This document shows, in pieces, positions 8,769 through 17,857 of a DNA stretch of 64,000 bases. Position numbers and translations under genes: made by a program. The notes beneath the pieces were generated by a model. It saw only the letters and a list, made by a program, of their open reading frames with translations, had not been told where the DNA came from and made no database searches. Every line of letters begins with the position of its first letter. Position 1 is the first letter of the stretch. Origin of the DNA: a virus. Location: IMG/VR virus record IMGVR_UViG_3300034520_000378; one strand, given 5' to 3'.

Positions 8769-9768
8769 TTTCGCATCCCTCCGGTTCACACAGGTCTAGG
8801 CTCTTAAACGTCCTACACCCGTACGCGTACTGGTTTCTGTATGCTGATCTGACGGTGGCTTCAATCTCATCGCCGTTCATCGGCGGGCTGCACTTGTTTC
8901 TACCCCAGTCAAGCAGTATCTGCAGCGCTTCTCCATACTCCATACCACACTGGTAAAAGTAGCTTGCCAGCGCTATTGCCGTGTTGTTTCGCCTGCCGAG
9001 CACCGCGCCTTCAGCAAGCGCCTTCTTAACGCACGGCGCTTCGTACTTAAACTCCTTCCTTCTGTCCCGCTGCTCTATTGTCATGCTCGACACCTTTGCT
9101 TTTGCCTTTGGTGATACAGGCACACGGTCCGGCAGCGGGTTCGGCCGCGGCTGTCCAGCCAGCTCGATTATCTCTCTGTACGAAAGGTTTCTGATCTCGT
9201 CATAGTACAGCCGCACCTTGTACAGTCCCGTTGCTTCATGCATAGTGTTTGGCAGCCTGAGCAGCCGTGACCTGTCGTATATCGCCGTGTCGATACTGAC
9301 TATCTTCCTGCTTTGTGCCGTTGACGCTATCTCCTTAGCCAGCAGGCGAAACACCTCGTTTATGTTCTCAGAGGGCTCCAGTCCAAAAATGCGGGTGGGC
9401 ACCAGGATGGTGAGCCCTTTTTTGCCGGAAAAGTAGCTCAGTACGTAGTCCTTCCTGATGCCGTAGAACGCATCCAGGATGTTGCATACAAACAGGTAGT
9501 CCCTCCTGATTTCCACCCATGCAGCCTCGGTAACATCCGGATCGCTTGACGTCAGGTTGCTGTTGTCAAGATCGATGTAGAAGTACGGCGCGTACATTGC
9601 ACCAGACTTGTCCTTGCTCTTGTATATGTACGCCGTTGCAAACATGGCCTTTGGTCCGTACTTCCTTATAAACCATGCGGCTTCTTTTCTGCTGCCTGCC
9701 GTGAAGCGTATGAACTTGCCGTCATCTGTCTTGTGTGCAAGCTCGATGTACCTGAACTCTTCATTCAT
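8659..9768 (-). CDS. DNA primase (archaeo-eukaryotic primase-like, with PriCT domain)
   Basis: Motifs YIDLD, YFSGKKG, 'RLLRLPNT' and the PriCT-type 'PCVKKAL..G..GRRNN..LASYF...W...PPM..EI..TVRSAY'. Confidence 0.85.
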   Translation of the reverse strand: MNEEFRYIELAHKTDDGKFIRFTAGSRKEAAWFIRKYGPKAMFATAYIYKSKDKSGAMYAPYFYIDLDNSNLTSSDPDVTEAAWVEIRRDYLFVCNILDAFYGIRKDYVLSYFSGKKGLTILVPTRIFGLEPSENINEVFRLLAKEIASTAQSRKIVSIDTAIYDRSRLLRLPNTMHEATGLYKVRLYYDEIRNLSYREIIELAGQPRPNPLPDRVPVSPKAKAKVSSMTIEQRDRRKEFKYEAPCVKKALAEGAVLGRRNNTAIALASYFYQCGMEYGEALQILLDWGRNKCSPPMNGDEIEATVRSAYRNQYAYGCRTFKSLDLCEPEGCEIEHYRNAVSMDRANNSGTGRDNGDNRARQKRAYYGF

Positions 9769-9810
9769 GCCCGAGCCCCCTGTATGGCCCAGCGATTTCC
9801 TTCTATCTCA

Positions 9811-9839
9811 ATTGTATCACAAATGAGACACGGTGTCAA
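9811..9839 (-). promoter_or_regulatory. SigmaA-type promoter for the replication operon
   Basis: On the minus strand, TTGACA (9839-9834), a 17-bp spacer and TACAAT (9816-9811) with an extended -10 TG, about 43 bp upstream of the primase start. Confidence 0.8.
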
Positions 9840-9846
9840 GCAATAG

Positions 9847-9881
9847 AAAAACCAGCCCCTGCTTACTCCTGGGCTGGTTTT
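9847..9881 (-). terminator. Rho-independent terminator ending the structural operon
   Basis: AAAACCAGCCC-12 nt-GGGCTGGTTTTT, just after the holin stop codon. Confidence 0.85.
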
Positions 9882-9887
9882 ACTTGT

Positions 9888-10205
9888 CTAGCTTCTTTTC
9901 ACTGCTATGTCCCATAACACGTCCAGCTTTTCCAGCATGCGCTGTGTGAACCGTGACTGGTCCTCTATAAGCCTTTCTAGTCTGTTGAGCATGTTTGTTT
10001 GGCTATCAATGACTGCTGACAGTGCATCAAGCTTTTCAGCGAACTGTTGAATGGTGTGCTCTATGGCATTGTTGCTTTTAACCAGGGCAATGAGTATCTT
10101 TGCCAGTATGACCATTACGTATATCAGTACGGCCAGTGCTATGTAGGCGATGCCGTACTGCCCCAGCATATCGAGCGGAATGTTTGGGAACTCCACCCCA
10201 TGCAC
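9888..10205 (-). CDS. Holin-like membrane protein (BhlA/UviB-like)
   Basis: One N-terminal TM segment 'GQYGIAYIALAVLIYVMVILAKILIAL' followed by a coiled coil. Last gene of the structural operon. Confidence 0.6.
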   Translation of the reverse strand: MHGVEFPNIPLDMLGQYGIAYIALAVLIYVMVILAKILIALVKSNNAIEHTIQQFAEKLDALSAVIDSQTNMLNRLERLIEDQSRFTQRMLEKLDVLWDIAVKRS

Positions 10206-10221
10206 CCCCTGTATGCTACAT

Positions 10222-11295
10222 TTAAGCTCCGGAACTGTCTTGGTACTGCAGTGTTATTCCCGACACGACGGGTCGCAGCAGCTCATCCTCCGCTTCTACC
10301 TCCAGTATGACCTTTATCTTGCCGGACTGGACTGTAGCCGGGAGTGCGCTGCTTGGCAGCGTCTGTGTCCCGTCGCTTATGCTCACTGCAGCCTTCCCGC
10401 CGTTTTTCACGTCCACTGCTGTGGACAGTATCCTCCACGGCCCGTTCCCCTGCAGCTCAACTTCAGCGGTGAACACCGCCGGTTCAGTTGCAACCACTGC
10501 TCTTTCCACGGCCAGCACCGCCAGCCCGAGATGAAACTCCGGCTTGCCGTCCAGCCATACGGGGTTCTTTTGTATAAGCTCGACACGCACGGCATCCGCC
10601 GCTGTGGGCCTGGTGGTTATAAACACTGCACCATCTGTTGGAAGAAGGTCCGTATGGATGGGTATCCACTTGGACTTGTGCCTGTATTCAACTGTGTTTA
10701 TGGTAACGCCATAAAGCGGGAACGGCACTATCCTGAGCTGATTAAACTCCGGCTTTTCCAGGATGTTTACCGGCAGCTCTACGGTGTACACCGCCCTGGT
10801 ACCGCTGTCGGAGCTGTACGGCACGGTCCTCCACCATGGTCTGTAGCCGTAAAGCGCCCCTTCGGGCGGCGTCTCCCTTATCGTCTTTCCATCGGCAGCG
10901 GGCTCCACGCTTACCTTAACACTGGCAGGCAGTATCTCGCGTCCGTCTTCCGCCTCTATCGTGATGCATGGCAGTGTCTTCTTCGCCATCACGCTTCCCA
11001 TGTTAAAGCGCGGCATGATTATTCCGCTCCCCGCTGCAGTGAACCTGTCAATGCTTATGCGCTGCTCCCAGGTGCCGTCAGCTTTTCTCTTGGGCGCATT
11101 GAGCAGGCTCATCAGCTCTGCTATCTTACCGGTTATGGCTATCTCCTGCAGCCTTGAAGCGGTAATCAGCATGTCCGTATCCGCACTTATACTGTTGTAC
11201 ATCTTGTAGAGCTGCTCTATATCACTAGCCGTACTCTTGATGAAGTCGTTCAAGTCCTGGCTGTTACTGCGATACGGTATCAGTCTTTCGTGCAT
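10222..11295 (-). CDS. Virion structural protein (paralogous baseplate/fibre family)
   Basis: N-terminal coiled coil, beta-rich body and C-terminal 'IKVILEV...RPVVSGITLQY'. Confidence 0.6.
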   Translation of the reverse strand: MHERLIPYRSNSQDLNDFIKSTASDIEQLYKMYNSISADTDMLITASRLQEIAITGKIAELMSLLNAPKRKADGTWEQRISIDRFTAAGSGIIMPRFNMGSVMAKKTLPCITIEAEDGREILPASVKVSVEPAADGKTIRETPPEGALYGYRPWWRTVPYSSDSGTRAVYTVELPVNILEKPEFNQLRIVPFPLYGVTINTVEYRHKSKWIPIHTDLLPTDGAVFITTRPTAADAVRVELIQKNPVWLDGKPEFHLGLAVLAVERAVVATEPAVFTAEVELQGNGPWRILSTAVDVKNGGKAAVSISDGTQTLPSSALPATVQSGKIKVILEVEAEDELLRPVVSGITLQYQDSSGA

Positions 11296-11476
11296 TTATG
11301 AATTCCCCCATGACTATAGACTTCGCAAGCGTGTCGATCATCAGGGCCAGCTCGCTGGCGAAACTCTCTAGCCTCTCAATATCACAGCGTATGTCGTTCA
11401 TCATCTGGTTAACCTTGCGGCTTTCCATTGGTCCCCTGTACCTATGATTGACAAGTCTCATGACCGGTACTGCCAT
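11264..11476 (-). CDS. Small coiled-coil structural protein
   Basis: 'RYRGPMESRKVNQMMNDIRCDIERL', with a GGAGGT RBS before ATG 11476. Confidence 0.65.
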   Translation of the reverse strand: MAVPVMRLVNHRYRGPMESRKVNQMMNDIRCDIERLESFASELALMIDTLAKSIVMGEFINARKTDTVSQ

Positions 11477-11481
11477 GGTTT

Positions 11482-13269
11482 TTACCTCCATAACAATGAA
11501 CAGCCGTAGAGAATCGGGCTTGCTTCGCCTGTCACGCTCTTCATCTCAATCATGGCCCTGACCATGAAATCATTTCCTCTATTCGTATAATACCTGCACA
11601 GAAACCTTAAGGGACCATCGGCTGTTCTGTCCTGTTTGATGTAGAGAGAACTGCCGTCAAATCCTATGCTTTGCTCAGCGGAAACATCACCGTGGATCAG
11701 TGTGCGCATGTCTACAACATTGAGGGGACCGCGGAAGCCGCATACCATTCCGTCAACAATGTCGACGGGAAAGAGCAGGCCAAACACGCCATCCGCCGCA
11801 GGCTTTACAATAACCTCAAGCAGGTTCCAACCTTTCTTTAACCGTAGTGTATAGACTCCGTCCTGCGGCACCTGCTCTATTAAGTTCAGGTAGACTGAGG
11901 CTGGCACACCGGCCGGCTGTGGCGCCCATGACTCAATGACGCAGCCGGTATCGCTGGTGACGAAGATGTGCGTTGAAAGCCTGTAGATTCGCCCTGCCCG
12001 GATTTGAAGTACTGCATCCGCATCGATGTAAGCGCGGTCCGCAGTACCCGCCGTCTCGTACCAATCCCTGAGCGTGCAGCCATCATGCTCTGCCTGTTTG
12101 GATTCGACAACAAACATCCGGTATGCGCTGTATACCCTTATACTGTTTCTTATTGGCCGTTCACTGAACTCGTATATCCTGTGGATGCCTTCCTGGTCTG
12201 TCGCGGTAAACAGCACTTCTTCCTGCAGCTCCTCGTCCAGCTTATGGAGCTTCATCCACGCTCCGCTCTCCGCTTTGTACCACTCTACCCTTTTCCCGCT
12301 TTGATAGCCGATGTACATATCCGCACTGCAACCAGGGGGTAGGGCGATATCGGGTTTGATGCACACCTCCGCGCCCTTGGGCGGAACTGCTGGCGTCACA
12401 TATATCCCGCTGCGTGAATACCTGTTCAGATAAGCGGCGATGCTGCGTATGAACAGATAGTTAGCCATTGAGTTTTCATCGTCGTAACCGGTCTTCCTGA
12501 ACACCACCTGCAGTTTCTTGACGGCTTTCTGCGGGAACACGAACAGAGATGAGTGCTTATCAGTGGCGCTTACCTTACTGTCATCGACATATAGCGCCAC
12601 ATCGTCTACTTTGCCGCTGTACTCCACCGCGATAGCGTTGCACTCTACGGCAGTCTTAAACTCCACGTCGACCGTCAGTGTTATATCGCTCGACCCGGCA
12701 ATTGTCACAGCCCAGCCGTCCGAGTCTTCCTTTACTATGCTGCTGAAGTCGCCCGTTTGCTTTACTGTGCAGGTTCTGGGGTTCACCTGCCAGTAGACCG
12801 ATGCGCTGCTTATGTCAAGCCTGGCGCACCAGCCGTTCTCCTGCTTCACCGTTGCGCACTGCTTGAGGTAGTCTATCTCACATGTCGTCTCGGGTAGATT
12901 TTCTATGTCACGCTCGAATAAAAGCGGCTCGTAACTGAATGTGAATACATCAGCATCCACTGACGCGCTTGCCAACCTGGCCACGGCCTCCCTTGACTGC
13001 AGCTTCAGCTCGGCTTTCTTCAGCACACTGTTGCCCAGCAGCTCTTTTACATCCGTCACGCTCTTTTGTACTGCCTCTATCCAGAGGTTAAGGGCGTCTA
13101 TTGCCTCCTGCCATTCAGCGGGGGATGCAACTTCGCCCGGTGTTATAGCCGGCGGATGGAACGCAGCTGGAGCGGGGGCTGTCTCTTTTCCCGGCGGCAG
13201 CCCTCGCCTAACAGCCTCTACCCTTTTCCGGGCATCACTGATCACTCTTGCTGTATGCCTGACGCTCAT
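11482..13269 (-). CDS. Virion structural protein (paralogous family)
   Basis: 595 aa, coiled coil plus beta domains, ending 'VRAMIEM...SPILYGCSL'. Confidence 0.6.
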   Translation of the reverse strand: MSVRHTARVISDARKRVEAVRRGLPPGKETAPAPAAFHPPAITPGEVASPAEWQEAIDALNLWIEAVQKSVTDVKELLGNSVLKKAELKLQSREAVARLASASVDADVFTFSYEPLLFERDIENLPETTCEIDYLKQCATVKQENGWCARLDISSASVYWQVNPRTCTVKQTGDFSSIVKEDSDGWAVTIAGSSDITLTVDVEFKTAVECNAIAVEYSGKVDDVALYVDDSKVSATDKHSSLFVFPQKAVKKLQVVFRKTGYDDENSMANYLFIRSIAAYLNRYSRSGIYVTPAVPPKGAEVCIKPDIALPPGCSADMYIGYQSGKRVEWYKAESGAWMKLHKLDEELQEEVLFTATDQEGIHRIYEFSERPIRNSIRVYSAYRMFVVESKQAEHDGCTLRDWYETAGTADRAYIDADAVLQIRAGRIYRLSTHIFVTSDTGCVIESWAPQPAGVPASVYLNLIEQVPQDGVYTLRLKKGWNLLEVIVKPAADGVFGLLFPVDIVDGMVCGFRGPLNVVDMRTLIHGDVSAEQSIGFDGSSLYIKQDRTADGPLRFLCRYYTNRGNDFMVRAMIEMKSVTGEASPILYGCSLLWR

Positions 13270-14726
13270 AGCAGCGCATCCCTACCTTCCGCATCCCTCG
13301 CCTCTTCAACAACGACTGTGTACCCCGTAACTATGGGCGAGACGTATTCGCCGTGTTCAATGTCCGGCCGGCGCAGCTTTATCCTTACCCTGAACGAGTC
13401 AGCGGTCTTTGGTATGTATATAGCGCTTTTATCCATCAGAAAGTCCGGTGTATACCCTGACAGGACAATCTTGCGCGCAAGCCCGAATACCGCCGCTTCT
13501 TCGTCGTTTCCGGCTATACGGTGCCATGTGGCGCCATCGTCAAAGCTTATCCCCACTTCGGCCAGTCCGTCCCTCTTCAGCGCCTCGGGGATGATATACT
13601 CAACATCTACGCTCAAAGACTTGATGCCGCCGTCAATGTGGTACGGCTTTGACACGTATTCAGATTCCTCAGCGTATGTGTTTGCAAACAGGGAGATGTC
13701 TCTGATTCCTATGCTGTACCTTAGGGCGGGCAGTATCTCGGCGGCGGGCTGAAGAAACAGCTCGTCTATAACTGCCTGCTCGTCGAGCGATTCCTCACCT
13801 TTTATGTACTCCGGTGGTCTTATGTCGCCAGTGGCGGGGTCGTACCTCATGCCGAGCTTGCTTACGGAGTACACCTTATCGGGAAGCCCTATGGCTACGC
13901 TGTAGGGATAGGCTTGCTTTATCCGCATCCTTACCTTTTTGGCGTACTGCGGCAGGCACGGCACCATGATTTTGTCGCTTAGTCTACCTCCTTGCAGGCT
14001 CTGCCGTAGACCTTTGCAGTCGTCCAGTGTGGCTGATACAAGGTACGGCGGCCTGTACCACGGTGCCGCCGGTATAAACGGGTTGACTATCATACCGCTC
14101 ACAATCTCCGGCGCTTCAAGCTCCATCTCGATATCGAGCACCAGCGGCTCCTGGTCAAATGATAGCCAGTACAGCCATTCCGAAAAGCTGGTGTTCCTGT
14201 ACTTGTACCCCTGCAGGCCAAACAGCCGTTCATACTCGAACCATGTATCGCTTTTCCCATCAACCATGTATTTCGGATCAGCGTGTAGACCGTCTTTGGC
14301 ATGGTACAGCCCGCTTTCTTCATATACAACATGCGAGTTTCCGGGCAGGCCGTTACCTGCTATTCTAACAGAGGATATTGACAGCTCGGTGCTGGATAGC
14401 CTGCGCAGCGAGAGCGCGCCGATGTGCGACACAATCTCCGCCGGCTCACCCGCTATGGCGTCATAGTCCATGCTGCTGGTATCTACAAAAGGCTCCCTGA
14501 TTACCGTTAGAAAGCCGCTCCTTAAGCCATCATAGTCCACGGAGCTGCTCCTTAAACTGCTTATACGGGCATACATCTCCTTCAGCTTTACTGCCACCTC
14601 GGCGTTCCTTACAGCGATAAGCTCTTTGATGCCGTCTATTTCGTCTATAATGCTGTCCATCCTTTGCTTTACTTCTGCTAGAAAGGCTTCGAATTCGCTG
14701 GCAAGCGGATAGTCGTAAAGACGCAT
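13266..14726 (-). CDS. Virion structural protein (paralogous family, discoidin-like segment)
   Basis: 'MVDGKSDTWFEYE' and C-terminal 'FRVRIKLRR...SPIVTGYTV'. AGGAGG RBS, with ATG 14726 overlapping the upstream stop. Confidence 0.6.
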   Translation of the reverse strand: MRLYDYPLASEFEAFLAEVKQRMDSIIDEIDGIKELIAVRNAEVAVKLKEMYARISSLRSSSVDYDGLRSGFLTVIREPFVDTSSMDYDAIAGEPAEIVSHIGALSLRRLSSTELSISSVRIAGNGLPGNSHVVYEESGLYHAKDGLHADPKYMVDGKSDTWFEYERLFGLQGYKYRNTSFSEWLYWLSFDQEPLVLDIEMELEAPEIVSGMIVNPFIPAAPWYRPPYLVSATLDDCKGLRQSLQGGRLSDKIMVPCLPQYAKKVRMRIKQAYPYSVAIGLPDKVYSVSKLGMRYDPATGDIRPPEYIKGEESLDEQAVIDELFLQPAAEILPALRYSIGIRDISLFANTYAEESEYVSKPYHIDGGIKSLSVDVEYIIPEALKRDGLAEVGISFDDGATWHRIAGNDEEAAVFGLARKIVLSGYTPDFLMDKSAIYIPKTADSFRVRIKLRRPDIEHGEYVSPIVTGYTVVVEEARDAEGRDALL

Positions 14727-16471
14727 TAAAACGTCAGCCTCCTGTTGGCTAAAATGCATATCTTATTCACAATGGGCGTCATGGATGCTGCGCGGGCCGT
14801 GCCCGTTCCGTACAGGACAGCCCTTACCCTGACAACTTCCGGTAGGGCGCGGTACGTGACTGATATCTTGTTAAACTCGTTGAGGACGGTATCAAACTTG
14901 AGCACTTTGCCGCTGACTGTGTAGTTTATACTGCCGCTCCCGCTCTGATGCCCCTCTCTGTACGGGGTTTGATTGTAAATACCGGGCTCCCCGGGGTACC
15001 GCGGCTGTGTCAGAAGTTTCCCGTCAGCAGTGTGGATTGACACCCTGATGGGAACATAGCCTGAACTTAAAACCGATGGATCCCAGTCCGGAGGCATGCT
15101 CTTCACGGTATTGCGGTCAACATACGGCATTCGACTGAGGTACACAGCCCCGCTTTCGTCGGTACCGCTGAACTCCTCCGTAACCTCTGTTATAAACCCA
15201 AGTGCGGGCGCTTCGTATGCGGTCTTTTCCGGGACGTATACGGCAATAATTGGACCTTTGGGCGTGCGCTTGAACGTTATTCTCCTGTTTGACGACAGTA
15301 CATAATCCGTACCGTACTGAAGGATGCTGCCCTCTGCATACAGCACCAGGCCGTGCTCAACGTTAAACCTTAAATCAGCGACAGGGCTGCCGCTCTCGAT
15401 ACGCATTTTCACGCGCTCGCGCACACTGGCATTGCCGTCGGGCACTATCGGCAGCCACGTCCTGCCATCAAATGAAACGTCGTATTCCACCACGTCAGAC
15501 GCACCGGAGAGGACCTCTTCTGTGCGGAGCTGTACAGCAATGGTATCATGGGGAAGTTCTATCGGAGCGGATATCCACTCTGCCGATGTGGCATATCTGT
15601 TTAAACCCACAAACATCCTTCCTATAGCATACTCGTACTCGTACCATACCTTCCTCAGTTTAGCGCTCTCCACGCGTCTGTAGTGTCTCTGGTTTATGAC
15701 AAACTTGAGCTTTCTGGCATATACTAGCGGAAAATGTAGCGTCGTCCTGCCTGATACGAGCATGCTGCCACCGGCAAGGCCCGTGCCGTCGGGGGAGACC
15801 ACGGCTATCACTTCGCCTGCCGTGTTCAGGCACTCCACGACGACAAGATCCATTGGCAGCGCTGAATATGACTCAAGGCTGATGGTATTGACCGGCTGCG
15901 GCACCTTAAAGCTTATCGTGAAGATACAGGGCACGCCTGATGTGATATAACCGAGCTCTTTCCGTGGCTCTAGCCTGGTTATGTCGTCAGTCTTGACGAC
16001 CATTCTCCATATACCGCCATCCTCGATGTTCTGTATTCCATTGTCGGAACAGTTTCGTCCGTGAACATACTCCAAGGCTACATCCGCACTGTCGAGTGCA
16101 TTCAATGATTCTGAAACGGGCAGGGCTATAGAATCGCTGCCGAGACCGGTGCTGAATACCGGCAGTTTCGAATAAAACGCCGGTGAAAACTCTGTATTGA
16201 TAGCCGGTATAACCTCTATCACGTTACCCGACTGTACGTTGAATACCCCGGTACTGTCCATTACCTGTATAACCTTACTTGCCTCGGCAGCCGAAGAATA
16301 GTTAAAGCGCAGCACAGCCGCCTCCAGCTCGTCAACAGCCTTTATGCAGTCATTGAGCGTTGCTTCTATGCTTGCCCAGGTAGATGCCACTTCATCTACG
16401 TCTATAAGCCCGGAAAGGCGCTTTGGTGTTATCCTGTTGACAGGTGTATCTGGAAGCTGAAAATCAAGCAT
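14726..16471 (-). CDS. Virion structural protein (paralogous family)
   Basis: 'EYDVSFDGRTWLPI' and C-terminal 'VRVRAVL...TPIVNKI'. Confidence 0.6.
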   Translation of the reverse strand: MLDFQLPDTPVNRITPKRLSGLIDVDEVASTWASIEATLNDCIKAVDELEAAVLRFNYSSAAEASKVIQVMDSTGVFNVQSGNVIEVIPAINTEFSPAFYSKLPVFSTGLGSDSIALPVSESLNALDSADVALEYVHGRNCSDNGIQNIEDGGIWRMVVKTDDITRLEPRKELGYITSGVPCIFTISFKVPQPVNTISLESYSALPMDLVVVECLNTAGEVIAVVSPDGTGLAGGSMLVSGRTTLHFPLVYARKLKFVINQRHYRRVESAKLRKVWYEYEYAIGRMFVGLNRYATSAEWISAPIELPHDTIAVQLRTEEVLSGASDVVEYDVSFDGRTWLPIVPDGNASVRERVKMRIESGSPVADLRFNVEHGLVLYAEGSILQYGTDYVLSSNRRITFKRTPKGPIIAVYVPEKTAYEAPALGFITEVTEEFSGTDESGAVYLSRMPYVDRNTVKSMPPDWDPSVLSSGYVPIRVSIHTADGKLLTQPRYPGEPGIYNQTPYREGHQSGSGSINYTVSGKVLKFDTVLNEFNKISVTYRALPEVVRVRAVLYGTGTARAASMTPIVNKICILANRRLTF

Positions 16472-16474
16472 GCT

Positions 16475-17854
16475 CTAAACCCCCATCTGTATGCCTATCG
16501 TGTCAACTACGAAGTCAGCAGCTCCGAGAGGTATCAGCTCGAACTTTATACGCGGCTGGCTGCATGTAAAGTCTGTCTTGTATATCGCATAAGCCGTGGT
16601 ACCCACGTCCGCAGCGGTTATGTTAATCGACTTGATAATGCTGCTGCCCTCTTTGATGTTGAGCATTGCAATACCACCAACTGCCTGCTGCAAGGCCCGC
16701 ATTCTGATGTACAGCCTGTAGTTTCCAGGATGTACGATCTCGCCCGATGGACAGTCTATCATATTGACTGATACATTCCTTGGTATAAACGCAGCAGCGC
16801 CGGTGCATGCGTTTCCGTCCGGTATAACCTGCGCTGGCGGGATGCAGACTTCGCTTGCAAGCCAGAGCATGGACGTGACCGGTCTTCCGATTCCCTGCAT
16901 GTTCTTGTATTCAATTGTGCCGTCAACCTTGAGGTTGCCTTTTATGCTGACTGCACCGCCCGCACCGTCAACCATTACGCCGCCCAGGTTCAGGCTGCTG
17001 GTGCCCAGCATATCAACCACGTTGAGCCTTCTGAACTCAAAGCTGGCACTTGAATCAATGTGCTCTGGCTTGATAGCACCGCGCTTTATCGCCGTACTGT
17101 CAACCTTTATTGCCGTCTGTACAGGAGTGGAAACCTCGTCCACTTCATCTGTAAGGTTTACTCCTATGTCGTAATAGCCGCCATATTCCCTGTTGCATAT
17201 GATGAACTGCACCGTGTTCCATCCGGTATTAAGGTGCAGCACTACCGTCTCGGCTGGTCCGGAAGTGTTGTTGCCCGACATTGCCTTTACAAGGTTGCCG
17301 TTGAGGTAGACCACAAAATAGTCGTCGTGCAGCACGTTGAGGTACACGTCTTTTTCGGAGCTGACAAACAGCTGGATTGTGTACCGCTTGATAACGCCCG
17401 GCCTGCATGTTTGGTCGGGCCACTTCCTCAGTCTCGCGCCCTCAAAGTGCTCATATCCTACAAACACTCTTTTGTTCTGTTCGGATTCAAACAGGAGGTT
17501 GGTGGGCATTGTATATGACGCCTCAACCTCTTCAACGAGGAACGCTGGCAGCAGCTGCTTTACGTAATCGGCGGATACCCCGCTGTCGGTCCCGTTATCA
17601 GCCGGTGACAGGCTGCTTATTTCCCGCTCCAGTGCCTGTATCTGCGTGACAATATCGCTTATAACGGCATTTGCCGCGTTTATTGCCGCTGCAAGCTCGG
17701 CTGCCGTCTTGGCAAGCTTTTGCTGTTGGCCGTACAGCTTGTAGCAGAACTCTATTCGCTCCTTCTCCTCTTTAAGCAGCCTCTCAAACAGCTTGCTTTC
17801 TACCGGCGAAAGCACCTTTACAAACGAGTTCTCGTTAAGCTGCTGTACACGCAT
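16475..17854 (-). CDS. Fibre/adhesin-like structural protein with PA14-like and CBM-like domains
   Basis: Coiled coil, PA14-like 'HDDYFVVYLNG...VLHLNTGWNTVQF', and a C-terminal jelly-roll 'PGNYRLYIRMR...FVVDTI'. Confidence 0.55.
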   Translation of the reverse strand: MRVQQLNENSFVKVLSPVESKLFERLLKEEKERIEFCYKLYGQQQKLAKTAAELAAAINAANAVISDIVTQIQALEREISSLSPADNGTDSGVSADYVKQLLPAFLVEEVEASYTMPTNLLFESEQNKRVFVGYEHFEGARLRKWPDQTCRPGVIKRYTIQLFVSSEKDVYLNVLHDDYFVVYLNGNLVKAMSGNNTSGPAETVVLHLNTGWNTVQFIICNREYGGYYDIGVNLTDEVDEVSTPVQTAIKVDSTAIKRGAIKPEHIDSSASFEFRRLNVVDMLGTSSLNLGGVMVDGAGGAVSIKGNLKVDGTIEYKNMQGIGRPVTSMLWLASEVCIPPAQVIPDGNACTGAAAFIPRNVSVNMIDCPSGEIVHPGNYRLYIRMRALQQAVGGIAMLNIKEGSSIIKSINITAADVGTTAYAIYKTDFTCSQPRIKFELIPLGAADFVVDTIGIQMGV

Positions 17855-17857
17855 ACT

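Noticed and set aside
8659-8789. Primase-helicase frameshift fusion
   Set aside because: The helicase has its own GGAGG plus TTG start at 8768, so the ~110-bp overlap needs no recoding.
10150-11157. Long + strand ORFs (for example 10150-11157, 34654-35331, 37807-38628, 52934-53710)
   Set aside because: They are antisense shadows of clear - strand genes, with no recognisable motifs.
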